From: Candidatus Thorarchaeota archaeon
GTDB lineage: Archaea; Asgardarchaeota; Thorarchaeia; Thorarchaeales; Thorarchaeaceae
NCBI GenBank assembly: GCA_011364905.1
Contig: RDNZ01000001.1
Location: forward strand, 130,803-194,802
Reading direction: 5' to 3'
DNA: 64,000 bases
Shown piece after piece: positions 48,945 through 58,624 of the stretch (the stretch's first letter is position 1; every line of letters starts with the position of its first letter). The notes below the pieces were generated by a model. That model saw only the letters and a list, made by a program, of their open reading frames with translations, had not been told where the DNA came from and did no database searches. The position numbers were made by a program, and so were the translations under genes.

Positions 48945-49997
48945 CTAGTGAACTTCCTTTGAGTTCCTAATTTCGTCAGCTCTCGCTCTTGAAGATGCAG
49001 CTTGGCTACTATCACCCAACTGCTCATACACTTCGGCGAGAAGTATCCAAGCATCAGCATCATCTCTACTGATAGATAGATATTGGCCTAGGAATTCCAT
49101 TGCTTTTTTGAACTCCTTTTTGTCCTTCATACACTTACCCATCAGTAGGTAGGATCCTGAAAGCTTTGGATAAAGCCTGATAGCCTGTTTTGCTTCGTTT
49201 TCTGCTCTCTTGTTTTCTCCAATTTTGTAGTATTCAAGTCCAAGCTGCAATCTTGCAAAAGCAGGTTTCTTACCATATTTGATGGAGTTCTTGAATGCTT
49301 CAATCGCTTCTTTGGATCTGTTCTGTTTACTAAGCAATGTGCCATAGTTCACCCATGCGGAGTCATTTCGTGGATTCATCTTCAAGACTCGTTGCAGAAT
49401 AATCTCAGCATCAGAGTGGTTCTCCATTTTTTCCAATACATTAGACAGAGTTACCCAGGCATTCTCTTTTTTCGGATACAGTTCAACTGCTTTCCTCAAT
49501 AGCTCTTCTGCTTCGCTTAATTTTCCTAGTGATGAAAGAGTTGATCCAAGGTTGGTTAGAAAGTTTTCATCAGTAGGATGGTGAGTTAACGCCTCGCGAA
49601 GGACTTTCTCCTCAGTTTCATGATCTTGTTTCAAGAACAATATCAGAAGCCAAGGGCCCCAGTTAGCCACCTTGTCTGGATTAGCTCTTGCCAATTGCTC
49701 GTAATACTTCAGTGCCTTGTCTAGTTTTCCTTGCTTTTGATAGAAATGGCCTGTGGCGTTCAAGGCCTCCTCATCATTGGGATTGATTTCCAGAGCCTTC
49801 AAGAAGGTTTGTTCTGCAACCTCTGTGTTTCCCTGCATATTGATGATTGTTGCCAAGTAGACCCAGGGTTTAACGTAATCCTGTTGAGTGTCAATTGCTT
49901 GTTTGAGATAGGAAAGAGCACGAACCAAATCGCCAGTTTTCATATATCCAAATGCGATGTCAAACAATTGCCGGGCTTTAGGATTGGTGGAATTCAT
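48945..49997 (-). CDS. TPR-repeat protein
   Basis: Multiple 34-aa TPRs (KALEINP; AWVNYG). Confidence 0.9.
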   Translation of the reverse strand: MNSTNPKARQLFDIAFGYMKTGDLVRALSYLKQAIDTQQDYVKPWVYLATIINMQGNTEVAEQTFLKALEINPNDEEALNATGHFYQKQGKLDKALKYYEQLARANPDKVANWGPWLLILFLKQDHETEEKVLREALTHHPTDENFLTNLGSTLSSLGKLSEAEELLRKAVELYPKKENAWVTLSNVLEKMENHSDAEIILQRVLKMNPRNDSAWVNYGTLLSKQNRSKEAIEAFKNSIKYGKKPAFARLQLGLEYYKIGENKRAENEAKQAIRLYPKLSGSYLLMGKCMKDKKEFKKAMEFLGQYLSISRDDADAWILLAEVYEQLGDSSQAASSRARADEIRNSKEVH

Positions 49998-50764
49998 TCC
50001 TGACCGCCTTCTTTAACTTCTTCATGACATTGTGCAATGGCTACGGCAGCATCTAGACCATATACTGCAGCTTTTCCACTGGCATTAATCAACGTAATAA
50101 TGTAGTATTCAAGGTGTTCGCAATAATGAAAGAGTATCCGCATTGGCCAACCCTCTTTACTGGAACCATCTACACATTCGGCATCATGTCCAGAGTATCG
50201 TATTGTCCTCTGCTCATCTTGATGAGCGCCCATCCTACCCATATTCTCTTTCAGGCGATTGAACTCATCTGAGGCTTTGCCAGCATTCCTGTACCACTTT
50301 ACAAGGTATAGAACTGTACCAAGATTCGGAAGGCTCGTCCGAAAACCTATCTGTCCAGTTTCATCACCCTCTTGAAGCTCGGTGAGAGCCCACGAATGTT
50401 TCCTACTCATAGTGAATGGACCCTTTCGTGGATCATAACCCTTGAAGACTCCATGAATTATCACAAATGCCCCAAAGATTGCTATGGCGGATCCAACTGG
50501 AGTCACCATAATACCTAGTACTCCAAGCATCAAACATATGAGTCCCCCAAAAAGAAAGATGTAAGGTCGTTCATAGTTTGCAGCAATAGCAACTGCAATT
50601 GTAAGAATAATCAGTCCAAGCCCAAGAAGGGCGAACATCAAATCGATACCAGCAAATGCAGAGAAGAAGATAGGTACGATGTATATCGTTACTAGGATTA
50701 TAATACCTCCAATGCAAGATATACATGCACCACAGTCAGCTTGACCCTCATCCACCATTTCCAC
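49994..50764 (-). CDS. Hypothetical membrane protein (about 4 TM plus soluble C-terminal domain)
   Basis: Hydrophobic N-terminal half; ATGA overlap with the TPR gene. Confidence 0.7.
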   Translation of the reverse strand: MEMVDEGQADCGACISCIGGIIILVTIYIVPIFFSAFAGIDLMFALLGLGLIILTIAVAIAANYERPYIFLFGGLICLMLGVLGIMVTPVGSAIAIFGAFVIIHGVFKGYDPRKGPFTMSRKHSWALTELQEGDETGQIGFRTSLPNLGTVLYLVKWYRNAGKASDEFNRLKENMGRMGAHQDEQRTIRYSGHDAECVDGSSKEGWPMRILFHYCEHLEYYIITLINASGKAAVYGLDAAVAIAQCHEEVKEGGQE

Positions 50765-50989
50765 CTAATTTCGTAAATGGAAACCAAATAATAAATTCTT
50801 CTTCGAAAGTATGAGTTTCAAATAGAATAGATATAATTAGAACACTCTGTAGTTTGTGAATTCAACCGTCTGGAAGGTTGGGTGACATTCTCTTGCTAAT
50901 GTCAGAGGGATTGTGATGGAATCAGCAAGGAGAAAATTGAAAGAAGTTGAGTGCAATTGCTTGTCCGAGAGAATTTTCAGCTCTATTGG

Positions 50990-51688
50990 TTATGCTCTAA
51001 GACGCCGAGCTAAAAGAAAAACTATCACAAAGAATTCAAGAATCACACCAGCGATAAGAAAAGGGGTCAGAGTTGATTCAAATTGCGCTTGGCTATGAGT
51101 GAAACTGTAAACACCCGGATAGTACTTCAAACGCAACGTATACACTGTGTTGTTGGGATACTTTATTGAGGTGTCATATTGTTCGGTGCGTCTAGCCTCC
51201 GTATCATAGTACAGTGATTCCAAGATTTTGTAACCCACCCACTGAGTTGTGCGATGAAACTCATGTGAATATTCCATTGTGAAGTTGAAAAACCAGGAAT
51301 CAGTGTCGTCAATTACTTGGCCATTTTCATATGAGGACAAATCAAACCAGATTGGGCAGTAAGACCATCTATGAATGATAACACCTTGAGAATTAACTAC
51401 TGCCCACTCAGGGATTTTCAAACTGTAGTCCTGTATTGCAGATTCATTAGTCACGCGGAGTCTAGCAATTCCTTCGTTCGTGTCCCATTCCTCTACTGAG
51501 AACTTCACGAACATCTCCCAACCTCCATGATAGTCGATTATCTTGTAGTAAGCTGCCTTTCCAGTGAAGATGCTTCCTGAAGCAGGGTGCACAGCTGTAG
51601 TTGACAGAGTCAAGAAGAATACTATAATGAGTATAGTATGATATCTTCGAACTCCAACCTGCCTACATCGCATTCCTCGATGCCTCAA
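50990..51688 (-). CDS. Secreted protein with C-terminal membrane anchor
   Basis: Signal-like N-terminus, aromatic-rich ectodomain, TM FLIAGVILEFFVIVFLL followed by ARRLRA. Confidence 0.7.
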   Translation of the reverse strand: MRHRGMRCRQVGVRRYHTILIIVFFLTLSTTAVHPASGSIFTGKAAYYKIIDYHGGWEMFVKFSVEEWDTNEGIARLRVTNESAIQDYSLKIPEWAVVNSQGVIIHRWSYCPIWFDLSSYENGQVIDDTDSWFFNFTMEYSHEFHRTTQWVGYKILESLYYDTEARRTEQYDTSIKYPNNTVYTLRLKYYPGVYSFTHSQAQFESTLTPFLIAGVILEFFVIVFLLARRLRA

Positions 51689-51865
51689 AGAAGAATCTAC
51701 ACTTGAAACGAGATAAACGCGTCGGAAATGTGCTTCCGAGGTTCATAGTATTCTATTGCAGGAGAAATTGCCGCTTATGTCGATTTCTGAAAAACCCTAT
51801 AACCTATCAGGAATACGAGTATCAGTGGATTGTGGTGCGCTGTGTAGATAGCTTGAGGGAATCCA

Positions 51866-53080
51866 ATGAATCAAACTGCCAAAAAAAGTGACTCTGCAAG
51901 TCTCCGGACATGGCTCTTCATGTGTCTCATTACTTTTTTTTTTCTGATAGTAATTGTGCTTCTCTACATATTTCGAATAGGTGGTCCTGTCATCTTTGTT
52001 TATTTGGCGGTTTTCTCAATCTTTTGCGTATTTTGTGCCAGTGCAAATGCCAACAAGACTGAGGAGTCCGAACAAGACAAAAAAGAGATACCCGAGGAGT
52101 ATCAATCACTTATCCCAGAAGGATTTCGCAGATTACAGATGAGTGAGTCTCAAAAAACAAAAGCGGCTGACAGCTTGCCTCGAAGACCAATTCCTGGTGT
52201 TGCGCATTCCCTTAGTAGGATTCACGACGTGTTCGATGATGAACCAACAAGACGGCCATCTACGAGACCAAAACCACAAGCTGTACGGGTTCTACGTGGA
52301 GGCGAATTCATTGGTAACAGGATGAGGTTCAAGGTGAAGGTCATCAATGACTCGCCCTATGTCATTACCGATGTTACCGTCTTCTTACTCGCCTATCCAA
52401 AAGAATCTCTGAAATTCGTTGGTGATGATGATAGTGTATCCTTTGCTAAGATCGAGCCCGGAGGATTTCTTAGTCCTACATTTGACTTTCTGCCAACTCA
52501 AGATTGTGTCAAAGGTGAGATTGTTGCAGGGGTTTCATTTCTTGACATGCATGGCAATCCACAAGTGAGAAACACAAAACCATTCATCATAAGATCAGTC
52601 TGTGACTTGCTTCTGCCTTCCAGAATAACACCAGAAGACTTCGAGCTAAGATTGAAAGATCTAGAATGTGGTGAAGTTTCTGTTAAGATAGAAGAATGGA
52701 CTCCTGAAGAAATGTTTGAGAAGGCACTTAGAATTGTTGACGAATCCAACTTCTTTGAAGTCAGTAGCAAAATCGAAGATACTGACGGAATCGCCTTTGG
52801 AAAGATAACGGGCTTTGCTCTCGGAAAGTATACGAACAAGGAAGTTGGTGTTGAAATAGATATTACCGGACCAGTGAAAGCGAAAGGTGCATCGTGCAAA
52901 ATCAAGGTTTCTGGAGAAGACCAAGCCATGATCCTACCTGCCATCGACGACTTGAGAGAACGGCTTAATGCATGGTTATGTCCAATGTGTTCAAGTCCAT
53001 TATCGCTTGCGCAAGTAGAGGACTTGAAAGAAGGGAATGCTGTAGTATGTTCTTTTTGCGATGTCACCATTGGACGCTAA
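51866..53080 (+). CDS. Membrane-anchored protein with adaptin-appendage-like domain and C-terminal Zn ribbon (paralog 1)
   Basis: 2 TM segments, charged linker with RRPIPGV, conserved RGGEFIGNRMRFKVKVIN domain, CPMC...CSFC. Confidence 0.7.
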   Translation: MNQTAKKSDSASLRTWLFMCLITFFFLIVIVLLYIFRIGGPVIFVYLAVFSIFCVFCASANANKTEESEQDKKEIPEEYQSLIPEGFRRLQMSESQKTKAADSLPRRPIPGVAHSLSRIHDVFDDEPTRRPSTRPKPQAVRVLRGGEFIGNRMRFKVKVINDSPYVITDVTVFLLAYPKESLKFVGDDDSVSFAKIEPGGFLSPTFDFLPTQDCVKGEIVAGVSFLDMHGNPQVRNTKPFIIRSVCDLLLPSRITPEDFELRLKDLECGEVSVKIEEWTPEEMFEKALRIVDESNFFEVSSKIEDTDGIAFGKITGFALGKYTNKEVGVEIDITGPVKAKGASCKIKVSGEDQAMILPAIDDLRERLNAWLCPMCSSPLSLAQVEDLKEGNAVVCSFCDVTIGR

Positions 53081-53158
53081 GTTTTACTTGAGCGATGGAA
53101 TACAGCCGCATCAGGACTGTGATGCGAACTCGTGGGTCTACCAAGTAGTCTACTTCTT

Positions 53159-53965
53159 TCAGAGTTCAATGCTGGTCTTTCTTTTCTTTACTAGCCATCC
53201 GATTATGACTAACTCAATGGCAATTGCGGGCAACAAGAGTGTTGTCAACAGCCAGTTTTGTTCGAAGATGATTGGTGGATTTAGGTTGCTGCTTACAAGT
53301 TTCGTTGACAGGCTATTTGTAGATAATGGATTATCAATATCAAAGTGAAAGAAGTATCCTTGTGCAAGGATTCCATGTGACTCGTAAGTTATTGTGTCTT
53401 CATCTTTTCCCATTTCATGATGAAGAGTACAACCTGCGCTAGTTATCGATGTGATATTATACACACGCCATCCTAGTGTGACCGATTCTAGGCCCATCCA
53501 ACTTGTTAGATTGATCCATAATGGTGCACTTTCGTGCACAGAGAGGGTGCTATTAGGGTAGTTCTCATAGAAAGTCTGAACCGTCGTTCCACTGCTTTGT
53601 GTTAGATTCCGTATTACTATATATTGAGGAGGAATGCTTTCGAGCTTCCTCGTCACTTCAAAACGTACGGTGTAGGTTTCTTGGTTCAGGCCACCCCCGT
53701 ATTTATAGACACTTTGATATTCAAGGACCATACCCAGAGGAAATTCATCTATGTTGAGATTCGCATTCGCATGAGACATTGGGAAGGTTGCGAGGATTAT
53801 GATAAAAGTGAATAAAAGACAAGCATTCTTCCGTACCTTTTGTTTCTTCACTTCAATCCTACCCTCTTTGTGCGAAACGAGTCTTCTCCTGTCCACCTTG
53901 CGTGTCAGGATGAATAAAGCTTTACTATTCTTGTCGACATTGCCAGAAATCAACATACGGCACAT
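53159..53965 (-). CDS. Secreted protein with C-terminal membrane anchor (true start probably downstream of 53965)
   Basis: Signal-like segment LLFTFIIILATF, TM LLLPAIAIELVIIGWLV followed by KKRK. Confidence 0.7.
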   Translation of the reverse strand: MCRMLISGNVDKNSKALFILTRKVDRRRLVSHKEGRIEVKKQKVRKNACLLFTFIIILATFPMSHANANLNIDEFPLGMVLEYQSVYKYGGGLNQETYTVRFEVTRKLESIPPQYIVIRNLTQSSGTTVQTFYENYPNSTLSVHESAPLWINLTSWMGLESVTLGWRVYNITSITSAGCTLHHEMGKDEDTITYESHGILAQGYFFHFDIDNPLSTNSLSTKLVSSNLNPPIIFEQNWLLTTLLLPAIAIELVIIGWLVKKRKTSIEL

Positions 53966-53996
53966 TATTAGGTAAGAATCGAAACTGAGCTATTCA

Positions 53997-54908
53997 ATGC
54001 AACCTTTCCCACAGTCCTATGCCGTAGGTGTGATCATCGCATTTCTAGCGATGCTATTCTTTGGAGTCACGAATATATTCTACAAAAGGATGAGTGACGA
54101 CATCAGTGTTATGGACATAATGTACACCAGGATGTGGATTAGCTTACCTGTCGCATATATCTTCGCAGTCGCTACTTCTGGATCGATTAGCTTCACGGTC
54201 CCTCTACACTCTCTCTTTCCGCTTATCCTTTCCATGGTTGTAGGAATTATGATTGGCGACGGGATGTACTTCTATAGTCAAGAGAGAATAGGCGTTGCAA
54301 GGGCATTCCCGATAGCAATGAGCTATCCCTTGTTGGTGTATCTCTTGGCCGCTTTGTTTCTTGGTGAACCTGTTATACCCCAGAGAGTTGTTGGTGCGTT
54401 CATTGTAGTTTCTGGTGTGATTATGATTGCGCGAGCTGAACAGGATGAGAGTAGGGTCAATGAGCGCTGGAACAAAAGTGACTTAGAGAGAGGTGTTGTT
54501 GTAGCATTTCTTGTATTGGTTTGTTGGGCGACAAGTGATGTTGTTTTTCAATTCGGGCTCATAGGCGTCGCACCGGCTGAAGCTAATTTCTATAGGATTC
54601 TTGCCGCTTCTTTGATACTTGTACCAGTTTTCCTCTTCTCATTGAAGGGGAGGAAAACGTATCCAAGCAGGAAGACAATTGGCCTTGCATCATTGATAGG
54701 AATCGTAGCACTCGGATTCAGCCTTATTGCCTATAGTTTTGCAATAAAATACATAGGGGCCACGGTGACCTCATTAATTGTAGCATCAGGACCCATGTTT
54801 ACTGCGCCATTGTCCGTGGTCTACTTGGACGAAGATGTCAACCGAAATGTTGCCTTTGGCACCATGCTGACAATCATTGGTGTTCTGATGGTTATTGTTA
54901 TTTTTTAG
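53997..54908 (+). CDS. DMT/EamA family transporter
   Basis: About 10 TM in two EamA repeats (IGVARAFPI..SYP...LGE; IGATVTS...P.FT). Confidence 0.9.
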   Translation: MQPFPQSYAVGVIIAFLAMLFFGVTNIFYKRMSDDISVMDIMYTRMWISLPVAYIFAVATSGSISFTVPLHSLFPLILSMVVGIMIGDGMYFYSQERIGVARAFPIAMSYPLLVYLLAALFLGEPVIPQRVVGAFIVVSGVIMIARAEQDESRVNERWNKSDLERGVVVAFLVLVCWATSDVVFQFGLIGVAPAEANFYRILAASLILVPVFLFSLKGRKTYPSRKTIGLASLIGIVALGFSLIAYSFAIKYIGATVTSLIVASGPMFTAPLSVVYLDEDVNRNVAFGTMLTIIGVLMVIVIF

Positions 54909-55047
54909 GAGGATCCTTCACCTTTATTTCAGCGGCTGGTTACAGAAAACACAATACTTTTCGAATGAAGGTGTTTTTCTCCGTCCATCAAAGATTTTAA
55001 AGCGCTCCACGCAAAGGTTGAGCTCAGATGAATGACCAATCGGGTCG

Positions 55048-56181
55048 GTGGGATTGGGACCAATGTTACTTATGATTCAAGCTGCTGATAGCCTTCTGAA
55101 TGGGATACTCATTGTTCTCTTCGTATTCTTGGCTTGTATAGCCTTGGGATTGGGATGTACTGGAAGTAGGGAGGTCGATACTGAGAAACGAATCCCAACC
55201 AGTATCAGGAAAGAAATTGGCATGCCTCGTTCTGATGAAAAGCCTGCTGTATCAACTATGAGTTGGCAAGATTTGACTCGAAAACCAGTGCCTAGACGAA
55301 CTGTTCAGACCTCAAGACCAATCCCAGGAGTTTCTCATGCGATAAGGAGAGTCCATACTCTACCCGCACGTGTTGAGAAGCAAGTAAGAGTTGCAAGGGG
55401 AGGAGAATTCGTAGGTAACAGAATGAGATACAAGGTAAAAGTGATCAATGAAACGCCATACATGATAACAGATGTTACAGTTTACCTTCTTTCGTACCCC
55501 AAGAATGCTCTTCGATTGGCTGGAAATAAGGATGATTGCCGATTCGAGAAAATAGAACCAGGAGGATTTCGTTCTCCAACATTTGATTTCTTACCCACTC
55601 AGGATTGTGTTCGCGGCGAAATAGTTGCAGGCGTGTCTTATGTCGACATGACTGGGAAGGCGCACACACTCAGCACGCAACCGTTCATCATTCGTGCAGT
55701 GTGTGATCTTCTCATACCTGACCAAGTATCTCCAGAGGATTTTGAACTCAAGCTGAAATCACAAGAACATGGAGAGATATGCATCAAGGTTGACGAATGG
55801 ACTCCAGAAGAGATGTTTGAGAAAGCCCTTCGAATAGTGGATAACTCAAACTTCTACGAAGTGAGCAGCAATATTGACGTAAAGGATGGCATAGCGTTCG
55901 GTACGATTTCTGGATTTGCTAAAGGGAAGTATACAGGCAAGAGCGTGGCAGTTCAATTGAGCATCAGTGGACCTTCCAAAGAAAAGGGTGCTTCATGTAC
56001 CATCCATGTTTCGGGAGAGGATCAGGCGATGATTCTTCCTGCAATCGATGACCTCAAGGAGCGGTTGAGTGCATGGCTTTGCCCAATGTGTGGCAGTCCG
56101 CTGACACTTGACAATGTCGAGAAACTCAAGGACGGTCAAGTAGTCACCTGTCCTTTCTGTTCTGTGCCGATAGGAAGGTAA
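55048..56181 (+). CDS. Membrane-anchored adaptin-appendage-like protein with Zn ribbon (paralog 2)
   Basis: TM segment, RPIPGV, RGGEFVGNRMRYKVKVIN, CPMC...CPFC. Confidence 0.7.
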   Translation: MGLGPMLLMIQAADSLLNGILIVLFVFLACIALGLGCTGSREVDTEKRIPTSIRKEIGMPRSDEKPAVSTMSWQDLTRKPVPRRTVQTSRPIPGVSHAIRRVHTLPARVEKQVRVARGGEFVGNRMRYKVKVINETPYMITDVTVYLLSYPKNALRLAGNKDDCRFEKIEPGGFRSPTFDFLPTQDCVRGEIVAGVSYVDMTGKAHTLSTQPFIIRAVCDLLIPDQVSPEDFELKLKSQEHGEICIKVDEWTPEEMFEKALRIVDNSNFYEVSSNIDVKDGIAFGTISGFAKGKYTGKSVAVQLSISGPSKEKGASCTIHVSGEDQAMILPAIDDLKERLSAWLCPMCGSPLTLDNVEKLKDGQVVTCPFCSVPIGR

Positions 56182-56205
56182 GCGACAGGGGGTGAATAGA
56201 TCTCG

Positions 56206-57255
56206 ATGCAGACTCCCGAAGTTGGTCTTGCGATGGACCTATTTTTCGGCTTTATCTGTATCTGCTTCTCTCTTCTAAAGGGTGATACGCAAGAGGATAA
56301 AAAATCTGAGAGAAGGAGAAGGTATAGAGCAGAGTATGATAGACCTTTCCATAGTAGAAGATATTCAACCTCGAGATATCCTGCAAGGCCTCCAAGAAGG
56401 CCGATTCCTGGAGTCGCAAAAGCAATCGCTCGAGTATCTGATGAATCCGAGGAGAGCGATGTGAAAGCTCTTCGTGGGGGGGAATTTATCGGAAATCGCA
56501 TGCGGTTCAAGGTAAAAGTGATCAATGACTCGCAATACATGATCACGGATGTCAGAGTGTACCTTCTTTCGTTTCCCAAAGATGCACTCAGATTAGCAAG
56601 TGATGATGATTGTCAGTTCTCAAAAATTGAGCCGGGAGGTTTCAGAAGCCCATCTTTTGACTTCTTGCCAACTCGAGACTGTGTACGAGGCGAAATCATG
56701 GCAGGATTGTCATACGTAGATATGAAAGGGAAGGCTCATACGATTAGCACAAAACCGTTTGTGATACGAGCAGTCTGCGACCTCCTTCTTCCAGAGCAAG
56801 TCAGCCCAGAGGAATTCACATCGAAATTAAAAGAACATCAACATGGAGAAATCGTAGTAAAGGTAAATGAATGGACTCCTGAAGAGATGTATGAGAAAGC
56901 ACTTCGAATTGTGGATGAGTCAAACTTCTACGAAGTGAGCAGCAATATTGACCAATCGGATGGGATAGTTTCAGGAAAGATAACTGGTTATGCCAAGGGA
57001 AAGTACACTGGAAAAAGTGTAGGAGTGCAAATCGATATTACTGGACCTAGTAATAAAAAAGGAGCGAGATGCACAGTGAGGGTCTCTGGAGAGGATCAAG
57101 CTATGATACTCCCTGCTATTGATGATTTGAGAGAACGACTTAGTGCCTGGCTTTGTCCCATGTGTGGATCCGCTTTGACATTACAAAATGTTGAAGATCT
57201 TAAGGAAGGAAAGGTCGTCTGCTGTCCCTTTTGCAGCGTGTCAATTGGGAGATAA
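56206..57255 (+). CDS. Membrane-anchored adaptin-appendage-like protein with Zn ribbon (paralog 3)
   Basis: Short hydrophobic N-terminus, RRPIPGV, RGGEFIGNRMRFKVKVIN, CPMC...CPFC. Confidence 0.7.
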   Translation: MQTPEVGLAMDLFFGFICICFSLLKGDTQEDKKSERRRRYRAEYDRPFHSRRYSTSRYPARPPRRPIPGVAKAIARVSDESEESDVKALRGGEFIGNRMRFKVKVINDSQYMITDVRVYLLSFPKDALRLASDDDCQFSKIEPGGFRSPSFDFLPTRDCVRGEIMAGLSYVDMKGKAHTISTKPFVIRAVCDLLLPEQVSPEEFTSKLKEHQHGEIVVKVNEWTPEEMYEKALRIVDESNFYEVSSNIDQSDGIVSGKITGYAKGKYTGKSVGVQIDITGPSNKKGARCTVRVSGEDQAMILPAIDDLRERLSAWLCPMCGSALTLQNVEDLKEGKVVCCPFCSVSIGR

Positions 57256-57413
57256 TGAGTCTTCGAGCAACCGATAATTATTGCCAAAGACCAATCTTTG
57301 AATGGAGGACACTTACAACGGCATAAGGATGAAGATGAATATCGATGGCTTCCAAATGGAAGTTGGAGGATTTGAGGATGTGAGGGTTTAGAACTCAAAT
57401 CCATTCTTTGATT

Positions 57414-58100
57414 TTAAATGAATCCTCTACCTGGAGAAGTTCCGACCCTGAGTTGAGCGTATCTTGCGTCATCATGTGGCTTTGCGCCTTGAGCTTGCCT
57501 CTGCAGCTTCTTGTACTCATCTTCACATGTTGATTGAAGCTGAAACTTTGACATACTCAATCGAATCTCATCTTTGGTTATTTCTTCGATGAAGTGTGGC
57601 GGGACAAGAAGGTCAATGTCAGGTTGCGCTTTTATGCGCTCAAGAAACTCTTCAATGAAACCGCCGCCCAATACCAGCCACATGACGTTTTCATTGTCAA
57701 ACCAAATGTCAATCACAAATCCCACCTTCAAACCGTCTGAATCTACGACCTTTATGTCAGAGAGCTTGGAGAAGGTGAAGTCATCTTCGTTTAGTATACC
57801 AGGATCAAGTGTCTTCTTTAAGGACTCACTATCAACCTTCAGGTATACTTTGTCAGATATCGAATCAACATCTTCGGGTCTGACCACAGGATCAATATCA
57901 GGACGTGCATGAATGGATTCAAGAAATTCCTCAATCCTTCCGCCCCCCAGTAGTATGTATTTTAGATTGAGTCTGTTTTCACCACAGCCAAAGATCCAGT
58001 CTTTAACCTCACCGACCTTTTGCCCTTTCGAGTCAATGACGTCCTTGCTTCTAATGTCACTGTATTTTAATTCAGAGCACTGCATTATCCCAATCCTCAT
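57414..58100 (-). CDS. Tandem PRC-barrel domain protein
   Basis: Two repeats of V(I/V)DS.G.KVG.V.D...LGGG.IEEFLE.I.A.PDID. Confidence 0.85.
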   Translation of the reverse strand: MRIGIMQCSELKYSDIRSKDVIDSKGQKVGEVKDWIFGCGENRLNLKYILLGGGRIEEFLESIHARPDIDPVVRPEDVDSISDKVYLKVDSESLKKTLDPGILNEDDFTFSKLSDIKVVDSDGLKVGFVIDIWFDNENVMWLVLGGGFIEEFLERIKAQPDIDLLVPPHFIEEITKDEIRLSMSKFQLQSTCEDEYKKLQRQAQGAKPHDDARYAQLRVGTSPGRGFI

Positions 58101-58193
58101 ATGTAGTTCACAATAGTTAACATATAAGCTTTCGCTTCAAAGAAAGCGAAACTCGTTGGCATCTGTAAGATATTCGTCCTGAAAAAGGATTGG

Positions 58194-58212
58194 GAGCCGG
58201 GTATCCGGGCTC
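58194..58212. terminator. GC-rich hairpin after the minus-strand ORF
   Basis: GAGCC...GGCTC inverted repeat 5 nt past the stop, followed by a T-tract on the minus strand. Confidence 0.45.
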
Positions 58213-58217
58213 AAAAT

Positions 58218-58520
58218 CTAGTAAACTTCTCTTGGACTCTCTTTTAGGCGGTCCGGAAGTTGACCACCCTCGCCGAGGACCTCAAGTTCATGGTCCCGGC
58301 CATAACGACCACCGTCATTACAGAGAAAGCCGGTCTTTGTGATTCCCCTTGCCTGACGCTCAGCAGCGCGACGTGTGATCATCGTCTTGCCTGATGGAAC
58401 GGTCATTATCAACTTTTTCTGGGCTTCATCAATCACCAAAAGAATGGTGTCATCACTGGTACTTCGTGTGGTCTCGAAGAATTGAGAGGTCGACTCATTA
58501 AACTCAAGGTAGACTGGCAT
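58218..58520 (-). CDS. 100-aa protein, possible single gelsolin-like domain
   Basis: Start reassigned to ATG 58520 (GGAGG upstream); SDDTILLVIDE...TRRAAERQARGI pattern. Confidence 0.5.
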   Translation of the reverse strand: MPVYLEFNESTSQFFETTRSTSDDTILLVIDEAQKKLIMTVPSGKTMITRRAAERQARGITKTGFLCNDGGRYGRDHELEVLGEGGQLPDRLKESPREVY

Positions 58521-58624
58521 ACGGAACAAAGGCCTCCAGAAGGCTGTTTTAACTAGAATGAACTTTGGGCGTATATTAATGAATCTCGCGCGAGTCCTTT
58601 CAAGTATTTGCTGTCCCATGATGC

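Noticed and set aside
51866-57255. Diversity-generating retroelement behind the paralog similarity
   Set aside because: No reverse transcriptase is present, and the differences look like ordinary divergence rather than adenine-specific variation.
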